A DNA stretch of 64,000 nucleotides, from NCBI GenBank assembly GCA_025450075.1, contig JANWIC010000009.1:38368-102367 (forward strand), written 5' to 3'. A program made the position numbers and the translations under genes. The notes below the pieces were generated by a model. That model ran no database searches, was not told where the DNA came from, and saw nothing but the letters and a program-made list of their open reading frames with translations. Shown piece after piece: positions 9,891 through 19,851 of this stretch (the first letter of the stretch is position 1; each line of letters begins with the position of its first letter). This stretch comes from Patescibacteria group bacterium (GTDB lineage: Bacteria > Patescibacteriota > Dojkabacteria > JAKAPS01).

Positions 9891-10583
9891 ATGTCAAGAT
9901 CTTTATCCATATTTTTCCCTGCCTTGAACGAAGGAAGGAATATTGAAAAAACGATAAAAAAGGCTGAAGCATTTTTAGAAAAGAAAAAATTTGATTATGA
10001 AATAATCGTTGTGAATGATAGTTTCACTACTGATGATACTTCTGCACGTGTAAAAAAACTATCGAATAAAAATCCAAGAGTAATATTTATACAAAATAGA
10101 GGACACGGCTATGGCTCAGGGTTGAAAAAGGGATTCGCTTCTTCTACAAAAGAATTAATCTTTTTTACCGATGCTGATTTACAGTTTGATATTAATGATC
10201 TGGATAAGCTTTTAAAACATATTGATACTTATGATTATGTAATAGGGTATAGGAGAAGGCGCTCTGATCCTTTTATACGAAATTTTAATGCAAAAGCGTA
10301 TGGCTTGTTAGTCAGGTTGCTTTTAGGTGTACATGTTAAAGATGTAGATTGTGCTTTCAAATTATTTCATGCATCTGATATCAAATCCATAAAGATGAAA
10401 TCTACTGGAGCCCTTATCAGTGCTGAAATTCTGTATAAGCTGCAACAGAAGAAATATACTTTTACCGAAGTCCCTGTTCGTCATTTTGAGCGAAAATATG
10501 GGAAGCCAACAGGAGCCAATATTCGTGTTATACTAAATATGTTTATTGAGCTATTTCGGCTTAAATTTAATCTTCAAAATTAG
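9891..10583 (+). CDS. GT2 polyprenol-phosphate glycosyltransferase (DPM1/GtrB-like)
   Basis: IFFPALNE, IIVVND, FTDADLQ, DVDCAFKLF. Confidence 0.88.
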   Translation: MSRSLSIFFPALNEGRNIEKTIKKAEAFLEKKKFDYEIIVVNDSFTTDDTSARVKKLSNKNPRVIFIQNRGHGYGSGLKKGFASSTKELIFFTDADLQFDINDLDKLLKHIDTYDYVIGYRRRRSDPFIRNFNAKAYGLLVRLLLGVHVKDVDCAFKLFHASDIKSIKMKSTGALISAEILYKLQQKKYTFTEVPVRHFERKYGKPTGANIRVILNMFIELFRLKFNLQN

Positions 10584-10584
10584 C

Positions 10585-11022
10585 ATGTCAAAAGTTTTAA
10601 TAAAATTTGGCGCTGTCGGGTTGATAAATACAGCTTTAGACTTTTCCATAGTGCAAATCCTTGCATTTGTATTTGATATTAAAAGTGGAATATTCCTATT
10701 GTTGGCAAATACGTTTTCTGCGTCAGTTGCAATGATAAATAGTTTTTTTTTGAATAAGAAGTGGACGTTTGAAGATAAAGAAGAAAGATATATAAAACAA
10801 TTCCTTGTGTTTATTTTAGTAAATCTATTTTCAATTGTAATAAATGATACAATTGTTTTATCTTTAAGCAATTATGTACCACATTATGTGATTGTTTACC
10901 ATCACTTTCTTCAAAGTTTGCTTTTCACTAAAGTTATAGCTATTGTCTTTACAATGATCTTTAATTTCTTCGCATATAAATTATTCGTATTTAAACCTGC
11001 TGTTGAAGCAAATATTACTTAA
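10585..11022 (+). CDS. GtrA-family flippase
   Basis: KFGAVGLINTALDF, NSFFLNKKWTF, FNFFAYKLFVF; 4 TMs. Confidence 0.88.
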   Translation: MSKVLIKFGAVGLINTALDFSIVQILAFVFDIKSGIFLLLANTFSASVAMINSFFLNKKWTFEDKEERYIKQFLVFILVNLFSIVINDTIVLSLSNYVPHYVIVYHHFLQSLLFTKVIAIVFTMIFNFFAYKLFVFKPAVEANIT

Positions 11023-11028
11023 ATAATT

Positions 11029-11301
11029 ATGGAAATTTTTTTAATCATTTGTACTATTGTTTTATTAATCCTCATTGGATACCTCATATTCTATATAGTT
11101 GAGCTATTAAAAGTAGTAAAAAGAATTGCCGAACATATAGAGCAGGTAACTGATAGGGTAGCATTTTTGCAATCAGCTCTATTTCGATCGAAAAATATTA
11201 TAGAGAATATTGAGGGAATGGTAGATATGATAGAAAATATGGTACAAGTTGGAAAACATGTAAAGAAAACTTGGAAAAAGCATGAAGATGAAAAAGCTTA
11301 A
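11029..11301 (+). CDS. Small membrane-anchored coiled-coil protein
   Basis: N-terminal TM followed by an amphipathic helix; lies inside the operon. Confidence 0.6.
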   Translation: MEIFLIICTIVLLILIGYLIFYIVELLKVVKRIAEHIEQVTDRVAFLQSALFRSKNIIENIEGMVDMIENMVQVGKHVKKTWKKHEDEKA

Positions 11302-12832
11302 ACTTTCCAAATATCAAATCGCTTTTATTGCAGTTGTTATAATTTTCCTTTTATTAAAGATTCCTGCTATATGGGAGCCAGAGTGGTATATAGATGAAGG
11401 AATTTATTCTTCTATAGGAAATTTTATTCACCATGGAGCTTTACTATATAAAGATACATGGGATAATAAACCCCCATCAATTTATTTCTTGTTTTTCTTT
11501 TCACGAATCATTTGGGGATTTCATATTATTCCTCTTAAAATACTTATTGTAGTCCTTTCTATCTTATCTTTTATCCTTTTTTATCGATTACTTCGAAAGT
11601 GGTTTGTCGGATATACTGGCTTTTTCTATATACTTGCCTCATTATTATTTGTGAGGATAAACAATATAGAGGGAACAATTGTAAATGCAGAACTTTTTTT
11701 TACTTTTTTTACATTAGCTTCTCTCTATCTTCTTCAAAGATTTGATGAAGAAAAATCTAAAGCTAAATTTTTCTTTGCAGGTCTTAGCATGGGAATTGGG
11801 ATAAGTTTTAAAATGACTGCATCATTTGATGCTGCGGCATTAATTTTTGTCCTCGGAATTTTTGGTTATGAATCATACCTGCAAACAAAGGAAAAATCCC
11901 AACTACTAAAGTATTTGTCTTCTATTTTAATGTTTATTCTTGGTTGTTTTCTGCCATTATTTCTCTATGCAATATATTTTTATCTTAATCATGGTCTCGA
12001 TGACTTTATTCAAGGAACATTTTTATCCAATTCAGGGTATGTCTCCACGTATAATAATTCTATACTTGGTGTAAGTACAGTTTATCTAAACTCCATCTTT
12101 GCTATTATAAGTTCAATACTTATTATTTGGCTTTATTTAAAAAGGAAAGTTCCTTTCTTGCAGGACAAACAATCATTTTTTATCATGATGTGGCTTATTT
12201 TCGCATTATATGGAGTTTTTTTATCCGGCCGACCTTATACACATTATCTTATTCAACTTGAAGTTCCAGCATCAATTGTCATAGCATATATTATCTATAA
12301 ACTAAGGACAAAAGGACTTATTGCTGTCATTATTATATATGCTCTTCTCAATGCCTATTTTATTCGAAATGTAACTACAGGAACAGTTATTGAGGCTCTT
12401 AGAGATAATGCAGTTTTATATATCCATTCATATCAATATGCTTTTGGGGTAATATCTGAAAAATCATATCTTAATAATTTCTATTTAGGGGAGAATAACC
12501 TAACAGCAAATGCTCCTCGTGAAGTAGCAAATTATACAAACGCACTAAGCGCATCTGGAGCAGACAAAATATATTTATGGGGAAATCTATCATGGGTTGA
12601 TTCTTTTACTACCATGACGCCAATTTGCAAGTATATCAATAATTTCGATGTTCAGAATATTCCAAAAAAGCAAACTGAAATAATACATTGTTTAGATAAG
12701 AATTACCCGAAAGTAATTGTTGATGAAAATTCAATATATTCATTTCCTGATTTAAATACTTATGAACAATCACATTATAATCTTGCAAACACTCTTCTTA
12801 ATGGAACGGTTAGAATTTATGTTCGAAAATAG
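11282..12832 (+). CDS. GT-C fold (ArnT/PMT-like, family 39) glycosyltransferase
   Basis: WYIDEGIY...LLYKDTWDNKPP, NAELF, many TMs, HYLIQ. Confidence 0.8.
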   Translation: MKMKKLKLSKYQIAFIAVVIIFLLLKIPAIWEPEWYIDEGIYSSIGNFIHHGALLYKDTWDNKPPSIYFLFFFSRIIWGFHIIPLKILIVVLSILSFILFYRLLRKWFVGYTGFFYILASLLFVRINNIEGTIVNAELFFTFFTLASLYLLQRFDEEKSKAKFFFAGLSMGIGISFKMTASFDAAALIFVLGIFGYESYLQTKEKSQLLKYLSSILMFILGCFLPLFLYAIYFYLNHGLDDFIQGTFLSNSGYVSTYNNSILGVSTVYLNSIFAIISSILIIWLYLKRKVPFLQDKQSFFIMMWLIFALYGVFLSGRPYTHYLIQLEVPASIVIAYIIYKLRTKGLIAVIIIYALLNAYFIRNVTTGTVIEALRDNAVLYIHSYQYAFGVISEKSYLNNFYLGENNLTANAPREVANYTNALSASGADKIYLWGNLSWVDSFTTMTPICKYINNFDVQNIPKKQTEIIHCLDKNYPKVIVDENSIYSFPDLNTYEQSHYNLANTLLNGTVRIYVRK

Positions 12833-12833
12833 T

Positions 12834-12862
12834 TTGACAGGTTATATATGAGGACATACAAT
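12834..12862 (+). promoter_or_regulatory. Sigma70 promoter of sodN
   Basis: TTGACA-17 bp-TACAAT. Confidence 0.65.
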
Positions 12863-12887
12863 AGATATATATCTTAATTATCTATCA

Positions 12888-13322
12888 ATGAAAAGATTTT
12901 TCCATATTGAAACAGTCTATGCACATTGTGATATCCCATGCGGAATTTATGATGCAAGACCTTCTGAGATTGCTGCAGAGACAGTATTGAAAATGGTACA
13001 AAAGATCCAAGAAATTGCTGGAAGTGAAGAATATAAAGCGGGAGATCCTACTGCTACAAGCAATTTTATCAGATGTGTTTTAGTAAAAGAAGAACATGCC
13101 AGAAAATGCAAAGAAGAAATACTTATCTTATGGACTGACTTTTTTAAACCAGAAGATTTGGAAAAATATCCGGATCTACATAATAAAATCTGGAAAACTG
13201 CAAAAATGCTTTCTAAAGAAAAGCAGGAAGTAAATCTTGAAAATACAAAACAACTCGTTGCAGATGTCCGATCTATAGGAGAAATGGTAAAAAGTGTACA
13301 AGAAGCTCGAAGTAAAAAATAG
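12888..13322 (+). CDS. sodN: Nickel superoxide dismutase precursor
   Basis: Ni-hook HCDIPCGIY after a 12-aa leader; KEEHA and ILWTDFFKP motifs. Confidence 0.95.
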   Translation: MKRFFHIETVYAHCDIPCGIYDARPSEIAAETVLKMVQKIQEIAGSEEYKAGDPTATSNFIRCVLVKEEHARKCKEEILILWTDFFKPEDLEKYPDLHNKIWKTAKMLSKEKQEVNLENTKQLVADVRSIGEMVKSVQEARSKK

Positions 13323-13616
13323 ATGATTATTCTAGGAATCTTTCGGGTTAGTGGAAATAGTATGAGACCAAATTTAAAGAATAATGATCTCATCCTGGTA
13401 AGTGCAATTCCCTACGTTTTCCACTCACCAAAAGAAGAGGATATCATATTGGCACTAGATCCAAGAGACAAAAGGAAAATAGTAAAACGGATAATTCATG
13501 TTTCTATTGATGCTTATATAATACAGGGTGATAATCCTGAAGAGAGTACAGACAGTCGTATATTTGGAACAATAACAAATGTATCTATTTTAGGAAAAGT
13601 TTTATGGAAGTTATAA
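13323..13616 (+). CDS. sodX: NiSOD maturation protease (S26-like)
   Basis: VSGNSMRP, IVKRI, GDNPEESTDSR; abuts sodN. Confidence 0.9.
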   Translation: MIILGIFRVSGNSMRPNLKNNDLILVSAIPYVFHSPKEEDIILALDPRDKRKIVKRIIHVSIDAYIIQGDNPEESTDSRIFGTITNVSILGKVLWKL

Positions 13617-13852
13617 GAAACATAAGTGAAGTTTTTTTGATTCTTGGATTATTGGGGGTTGCTGTAACAGCATTATCTTCAATATCAGTGACTTTTGTAA
13701 GTATGATTATTAAGAAAATTCGATCGCAAACATATATCCTTCCTTCATATCAAACAATGCAATCATTACTTGTCCTCTCCTTTATCTTCTTTGTCTGCAT
13801 TGCAATAATTGGCTGTTTAGTTCTTGTCATCCTCCATTTATTACCTGCTTAA
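13604..13852 (+). CDS. Small 2-TM hypothetical protein
   Basis: Two hydrophobic helices; overlaps the end of sodX. Confidence 0.5.
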   Translation: MEVIRNISEVFLILGLLGVAVTALSSISVTFVSMIIKKIRSQTYILPSYQTMQSLLVLSFIFFVCIAIIGCLVLVILHLLPA

Positions 13853-14629
13853 GCCAAAAAGCTCTGATGTATTCATTTCCATTTGACTCTGCAGATCCAG
13901 TAAAGAAATAGCTTTCAACTGAGCTATATACGAGTATATATTTGGTATAAGGGAAGGAGAGTTTTGCTTTCCTCTGAATGGAACAGGAGTAAGAAAAGGT
14001 GAATCTGTTTCAAGAAGAATATTCGTTATTGGAATATTGCGGGCAAGCATATTGATATGCTCACTATTTTTGAATGTAATAATACCATTAAATGATACAT
14101 AAAACCCGAGAACTAGAATTTTTTCTATTATTCCTAAGTCTCCGTCAATACTATGTACAACTCCTTTTAAAGTTCGTTGCTTTTGCAAAATTGTATAGGT
14201 ATCTTCTAATGCAAATCTTGTATGGATAATAACAGGAAGAGTATATTTCATTGCTAAATCAAGCTGGGATTGGAATAGATATTCCTGCTTTTTTTGTATT
14301 TGTTTATCATTTTGGCAGTCCTTATAATCAAGTCCGCATTCACCGATTGCAACTATATTTTTATTCCTTATCAATAATTCTTCAAGTTCATTTATCTGTA
14401 CTTTAAGAGAATCCATATCTTTTTGTTTTGCTTCATCAGGATGTATTCCCACTGTTGGAAAAAGGAGAGTGGGGTATGTATGTGAAAGTCTTATAACTTC
14501 TTTTGATTCATCAATCGTTGTGCCAACATTAATGATTTTTTCAACCTTGGCATATATGATTTCTTGTACTAAAGCGGGAATATCGGTATAAAATGTACCA
14601 AAAATATGGGCATGAGTATCAATAAACAT
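13841..14629 (-). CDS. tatD: TatD-family DNase
   Basis: FIDTHAH, VGIHP, IGECGLDY, IIHTR, LETDSPFL. Confidence 0.93.
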   Translation of the reverse strand: MFIDTHAHIFGTFYTDIPALVQEIIYAKVEKIINVGTTIDESKEVIRLSHTYPTLLFPTVGIHPDEAKQKDMDSLKVQINELEELLIRNKNIVAIGECGLDYKDCQNDKQIQKKQEYLFQSQLDLAMKYTLPVIIHTRFALEDTYTILQKQRTLKGVVHSIDGDLGIIEKILVLGFYVSFNGIITFKNSEHINMLARNIPITNILLETDSPFLTPVPFRGKQNSPSLIPNIYSYIAQLKAISLLDLQSQMEMNTSELFGLSR

Positions 14630-16266
14630 TATTTTGGAGCTAACATAAGTGCCTTTTCTTCAGGAATTACTTTTTCATCAATTTTTGCAAAAAGCAATCC
14701 GACAGATGTTAAGTTAGTTCCTACTTTCACTGGTGTATATTCCCATTTTTCCGCTTGCTGAAGATCTAATAACTTTTCAAGATTATGCGAAGTCTTTGGA
14801 AGATACGGATTTAACAACGTCCGAAGTGCAGAAATTATTTGTATTACATTAAAAAGTGTATTTGTCGATTCTTTGGGAGACACCCAAGGTTTTTGATTAT
14901 CAAAATATTTGTTGCCAAATTTTGAAAGTTCCATTATGGCTGCCAATCCTTGCTGAAATCTTGCCTGTTCAAGAAAATCTGAAGTCTTTGCAAAAGAATC
15001 TTTAATTGCTTTTTCTACATCTTTATCAAGCTTCCCTTCAGGTACTTTTCCATCATAATACCTTTCAATAAAAGTTACTGTTCTGTTTACCAGGTTACCA
15101 AAATTTGCCACCAACTCGTTATTAATTGAATCCACAAAATTTTTCCATGAAAAATCTGTATCAGATGTTTCAGGCATAATTGAACTGATATAGTATCTTA
15201 CCTGATCTGAACCGTATTTTTGAATAATATAATCAGCTTCAATATAGTTACCTGTACTTTTAGAAAATTTTTCACCTTCCAATGTAAGGTTCTCATTCGA
15301 AACTACATTATATGGTAAGTTCAATTCCAGATTATATCCCATTAACATTGCTGGCCAAATAATGGTATGGAATGGAATATTATCTTTTCCCATGAAATAA
15401 TAATGGAAGGCACTTTTGTTATCTTTCCAAAATTCTTCCCAAGAGCCTCCCGTCAACTTTGCCCATTCAATAGATGCGGATAAATAGCCGATCACAGCCT
15501 CAAACCAAACATATAATACTTTGTTTTCATAACCTTTTACTGGCACAGGAATTCCATAATTCATGTCTCGGGTAATAGGTCGTGCTTTTAATCCTTCCTT
15601 TAACCAACTTAATGGAAATGATCGTACATTTGCCCTCCAATAATCTTTTGAAGAGATATAATCATATAGTTTTTGACTAAATTGCGGAAGATCGAGGAAA
15701 TAATGCTCGGTTTCCTTTTCTACAGGAGGATTTTTACAGAATTTACATTTGGGATCCAGTAAATCTTTCGGATCTAATGTCCTTCCGCAGCTATCACATT
15801 GATCTCCTCTTGCTTTAGGATTTTTACAATACGGACATACACCTTCAACAAACCTGTCAGGCAAGAATCTGTTATCATGAGGGCAATATGCTTGCATCAT
15901 TTTTTCTTTAAATACATACCCATTTTTTAAAAGGGTAAGAAAGATCTCCTGAGAAACCTCTTTATGATTTTGGGTTGACGTTTTTGTATACAAATCGAAT
16001 GAAACATCAATAGATTTCAGTGTATCTGACATTCTTTTATGGAATCTTTCTGCGACTTCAATTGGAGCAACTCCTTCTTGTTCAGCTATAACAGCCGTTG
16101 GTGTCCCGTGCATATCGCTTCCTGAGACCATCAATACTTTATCACCATTGAGTCTATGGAAGCGTGCAAATATATCGGCCGCTATATATGCCCCAGCTAG
16201 GTGTCCTATATGCATTGGTCCGTTTACATACGGCCATGCTACTGCTACAAGTATCTTTTTTTCCAT
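14629..16266 (-). CDS. metG: Methionine--tRNA ligase
   Basis: AWPYVNGPMHIGH (HIGH), Zn knuckles, GKDNIPFH, KFSKS. Confidence 0.97.
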   Translation of the reverse strand: MEKKILVAVAWPYVNGPMHIGHLAGAYIAADIFARFHRLNGDKVLMVSGSDMHGTPTAVIAEQEGVAPIEVAERFHKRMSDTLKSIDVSFDLYTKTSTQNHKEVSQEIFLTLLKNGYVFKEKMMQAYCPHDNRFLPDRFVEGVCPYCKNPKARGDQCDSCGRTLDPKDLLDPKCKFCKNPPVEKETEHYFLDLPQFSQKLYDYISSKDYWRANVRSFPLSWLKEGLKARPITRDMNYGIPVPVKGYENKVLYVWFEAVIGYLSASIEWAKLTGGSWEEFWKDNKSAFHYYFMGKDNIPFHTIIWPAMLMGYNLELNLPYNVVSNENLTLEGEKFSKSTGNYIEADYIIQKYGSDQVRYYISSIMPETSDTDFSWKNFVDSINNELVANFGNLVNRTVTFIERYYDGKVPEGKLDKDVEKAIKDSFAKTSDFLEQARFQQGLAAIMELSKFGNKYFDNQKPWVSPKESTNTLFNVIQIISALRTLLNPYLPKTSHNLEKLLDLQQAEKWEYTPVKVGTNLTSVGLLFAKIDEKVIPEEKALMLAPK

Positions 16267-16302
16267 ATCAATTTGCCAATAATCTGCATTATACGAGCAA
16301 AT

Positions 16303-16659
16303 TTAATCTTGTGCAACCTTCTTAGGATGGAGGAAAATTAAACAAGCAATAAGAAAAAGGAAAATCGTAATAAACAGATTTACACTAATTTGTTTGTGAA
16401 TCCTGACGTTTAAAAGTATTGTTACAATAAGACTAAAGCTGAAACTGTAAAATATCGGGAAACGCCTACGGAAAAAAATTAGGATAATATCAGAAGCGAT
16501 AAATGTAATACAAAAAAACAAGAAAGAAAAAAGATAAATCATATTATTATTTAATGAAGAACCTGAGAGTGGAGAAGAGATGAACATTATCCCCATTTCA
16601 AAAAGGATGAGGATACAAAATAGTATGGTTAATATAATCCGCTTAATGGAATGCTTCAT
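16303..16659 (-). CDS. Small 4-TM membrane protein
   Basis: Highly hydrophobic; overlaps the end of the upstream RimK gene. Confidence 0.6.
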   Translation of the reverse strand: MKHSIKRIILTILFCILILFEMGIMFISSPLSGSSLNNNMIYLFSFLFFCITFIASDIILIFFRRRFPIFYSFSFSLIVTILLNVRIHKQISVNLFITIFLFLIACLIFLHPKKVAQD

Positions 16660-17524
16660 AATTATCTAATACGGCCTGAACAAAAAGTTCAGCAACGGGT
16701 ATATTGGTTACTGATGTAAATCCTTTAAATTGAGGAGCATTGTTTACCTCAAGCACATATGGTACATCTTCATGTACCATGACATCAACTCCAGCAAAAT
16801 CTACTTGCATTACTTGAGCAGCTTTTATGGCAATTTCTTCAAGCTGAGGAGTAAGTTTCGCTTCTTCAATTTTGCTACCTTGAGAGAAATTTGTTTTAAA
16901 TGCGCCATCTACAGCAATTTTCTTCATTGCTCCTAATGCTTTTTCATACAATACAATAATTCTGTAATCCTCCCGATTGCCGATAAAATCTTGAACGAAA
17001 AAATTAATTCTATCAGATGTTTGCTTGACTACCTGCTCTATCTCTTCAAAGTTATTTGCCAAGAATACGTTATTCCCTTTACTGCCAGGAAATCCTTTAA
17101 GGATAAGAGGATAAGTGAATTCTTTTTCAATAAATGTACGGGTTTCATCTGTTTCTGATTCAAGTCGCCCAATAAAAAAAGTACGAGGAATTTGTATCCC
17201 ATGCATACTCAATCGAACCATCTCATCCATCTTGGTATTGCGTTGTAATAGACATTGTAAATCTTGAATATATGCACCACTTTCGAGCGCAACTCGGGAA
17301 GCATAGATGGATTTTTGTGATCCTACTCTTCTGATAATAATATCAAATGTACGAATATCTCCGTGTAGAGTCATCGCATATGTCTTGTCTTTTTGCATAA
17401 AGATTTGTATTTCATCAGAAGTTATTGCATGGCAAATATGGCCATGCCGGGTGAATGAACTGACCATCTCGTCTGCTTCGATGGTATGTGGCGCACCAAT
17501 GATGAGTATATTTAATTGCTTCAT
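16643..17524 (-). CDS. RimK/LysX-family ATP-grasp ligase
   Basis: PLILK..GSKGNNV, QDFI, DYRIIV, FKTNFSQG, AGVD, LEVNNAPQFKGF. Confidence 0.88.
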   Translation of the reverse strand: MKQLNILIIGAPHTIEADEMVSSFTRHGHICHAITSDEIQIFMQKDKTYAMTLHGDIRTFDIIIRRVGSQKSIYASRVALESGAYIQDLQCLLQRNTKMDEMVRLSMHGIQIPRTFFIGRLESETDETRTFIEKEFTYPLILKGFPGSKGNNVFLANNFEEIEQVVKQTSDRINFFVQDFIGNREDYRIIVLYEKALGAMKKIAVDGAFKTNFSQGSKIEEAKLTPQLEEIAIKAAQVMQVDFAGVDVMVHEDVPYVLEVNNAPQFKGFTSVTNIPVAELFVQAVLDNYEAFH

Positions 17525-17533
17525 ATCAATATA

Positions 17534-18418
17534 CTAACATAAATTAGAATATGTGAGGACAAAATCAATCAAAGCTTTGGCTACATTCACACCTGTAGCA
17601 TCTTCAAAACCTTTAAATTGGGGGTATAGGTTTACCTCTAGTACTTTATATTGCCCGTTTTCAATAATGAGATCAACCCCACAAAAATCCATACCAAGTA
17701 CTTCAGCTGCTTTTACGGATATATTTATAATCTCATCACTTAGAGGAAAGTTCTCAACACTTCCTCCCAGTGAGTAATTATTCCTGAAATCATTTTGTGG
17801 ATGAATTCGTTTCATAGCTCCAAGAACCTTCTTTCCTATAACGATAATTCGAAGATCAAAATCAGATTGGACAAAAGGTTGAAGCAAGAGTCTTCCTCTT
17901 CCATACTCTGCAAGGAGTCTTTGGATATCTTCAAGATTATTGACTAGGTGTACGGCTAAACCCTGGCTCCCAAAAATTCTTTTTGCTACAAGAGGAAAGT
18001 GTACATCCAGCTTATCCAGTTGTTCCTGACCAAACTTTGTTCCAGGAATAGCTATTGTATTAATGATTGGGACGTGTGCGCTTGATAATGTTACATACTG
18101 ATGGAGCTTCGTATTATACCCTGCATTTTGAATGAGATATCTCTCATTTAACACATACTTTCCAAGCCTTTGTTGTTCAAGAGCAATCATAAAAAGATAT
18201 GGGGTCATCGAGCTAACTGTGACTCTTGGAATTATGATATCGTAATCTGCATAATCGAATCCCTCATAAGAATGGAGAGTAGTCTTCTGTTCAGAAATAC
18301 GTGCATATATATCTTTGAAATAGAGGTTGTCCGGAGTAATTCCCCGAAGTTGAAGTTCTTCGTTTAATCGCCTGACTTGATAACCATTTCCGGTACTTGA
18401 AAGGAGTGCAATTTTCAT
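17534..18418 (-). CDS. RimK/LysX-family ATP-grasp ligase
   Basis: PLVAK..GSQGLAV, DLRIIVIG, FRNNYSLGG, CGVD, LEVNLYPQFKGFE. Confidence 0.9.
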   Translation of the reverse strand: MKIALLSSTGNGYQVRRLNEELQLRGITPDNLYFKDIYARISEQKTTLHSYEGFDYADYDIIIPRVTVSSMTPYLFMIALEQQRLGKYVLNERYLIQNAGYNTKLHQYVTLSSAHVPIINTIAIPGTKFGQEQLDKLDVHFPLVAKRIFGSQGLAVHLVNNLEDIQRLLAEYGRGRLLLQPFVQSDFDLRIIVIGKKVLGAMKRIHPQNDFRNNYSLGGSVENFPLSDEIINISVKAAEVLGMDFCGVDLIIENGQYKVLEVNLYPQFKGFEDATGVNVAKALIDFVLTYSNLC

Positions 18419-18432
18419 ATAGTAAAGATAAA

Positions 18433-19851
18433 TTATTTTCTTGATGGATCAATAATGAAATGATGGAGATCTTTTGCTCCAATAATACCCGGGTATTTTA
18501 AGAGAGTTCGATCAACAACGGTGAATTTAGTTTTAAGATGAAATCCTTCAATTACCATCTCTGCTTCAATTATTGGCCGGATGGTAATCCCATTGCCAGC
18601 TTTAATGATTGAAATGTCAGTAATATCAGGTGATTCATGTAAGATTGTCGGCTCATTAATGGCGCAAAATTCTTTAGCTTGTGTACGGGTAAGGTCGGTT
18701 GGAATTGAGTATGTGTTGAAATAGTCTATTGCTGTTCCAAATCCTAGCTTTCTTGCAAGTTCAGTGTCAATAGATGAAAAAGTTGCTCCCGTATCAACTT
18801 TTGCTGCCACTTCCTGTATTTCAAGAGATTTTCCTTTAATCAAGACAGAAGTATGCAATCCAATGATTTTTTTCCCAATAAGAGTCTCGACTTCTTCTTC
18901 AACTTCTCCCCCAAAAAGCTCTTTCCCAAGCCTGATACCACGTTTAATGCTTTTTACTTTTAATCTTCTGACTCTTTTTAATCTTTCTACTAATCCATCA
19001 TTATTCGCTATTTGGATTGCAAGTCCGGGACGTGCATTAACTTCAAGCATTACAGGTCCTTTTTCTCGATCTATTGCAATATCTACTCCAATATATCCAA
19101 GGTCAGTTTGGGTCTGTGCCTTGATAGCCATTTCTAGAATTCTATCCCAAAATGGAATTGTAACCCCGCTGAGCCTCATTTTAGTATCAGGGTGTATTTC
19201 AATAACCTTATCATGTTGAATAGCAACCGTAGTAATTCCAGAAGCTATATCAATTCCTACTCCAACACCTCCTGCATGGAGGTTCGCTTTACCATTTGAC
19301 TCACGTGTAGGGAGTCGCAATTCTGCCATGATGGGCACCTTATTATATACAATGAGCCTGATATCAGGTACACCTTTGTATAAAAAAGGTTTCAATTCCG
19401 GAATATTTTTTAACCTCTCTTCAAAGAATGCCCTATCAGGTGTATTGTTTAAAGAAAAATTCCCTTCCAAAATATTTCTAATATGAGCACTCAAATCTTC
19501 TTTCGAGTAAGTTTTCCCGTCAGCTTGAATCCATTCCCGTTTTTGATCTGGAGATTTTCGTTTTTTTTCTCCATATACCACAATAATGCCTTCTCCTCCA
19601 AATCCCTTATTTGGCTTTAATACAAAACTTGATGGCAATTTATTCCAATCAAATTGTTCTAACGCCTCTTTCGTTCGTATAACAGCATATGTTTTCGGTG
19701 TAGATATGTCGGTAGTTTGAAGAATTCGTTTAAATCGAAGTTTGCTGTCAGCAATCGCACGTGATTCCTTTGAGTTTTCGGGAAGGGTATAAAGCAGGTT
19801 TCGAGCATTTAACCCTAATATTGATTGTGTTGCTCTTAAATATTTAAACAT
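18433..19851 (-). CDS. Alpha-L-glutamate-ligase-like ATP-grasp fused to RimK-associated retropepsin-like protease
   Basis: ILGLNARN, KPNKGFGGEGI, PDIRLIV, KANLHAGG, LEVNARPGLAIQIAN; C-terminal AKVDTGA...YPGIIG. Confidence 0.85.
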   Translation of the reverse strand: MFKYLRATQSILGLNARNLLYTLPENSKESRAIADSKLRFKRILQTTDISTPKTYAVIRTKEALEQFDWNKLPSSFVLKPNKGFGGEGIIVVYGEKKRKSPDQKREWIQADGKTYSKEDLSAHIRNILEGNFSLNNTPDRAFFEERLKNIPELKPFLYKGVPDIRLIVYNKVPIMAELRLPTRESNGKANLHAGGVGVGIDIASGITTVAIQHDKVIEIHPDTKMRLSGVTIPFWDRILEMAIKAQTQTDLGYIGVDIAIDREKGPVMLEVNARPGLAIQIANNDGLVERLKRVRRLKVKSIKRGIRLGKELFGGEVEEEVETLIGKKIIGLHTSVLIKGKSLEIQEVAAKVDTGATFSSIDTELARKLGFGTAIDYFNTYSIPTDLTRTQAKEFCAINEPTILHESPDITDISIIKAGNGITIRPIIEAEMVIEGFHLKTKFTVVDRTLLKYPGIIGAKDLHHFIIDPSRK

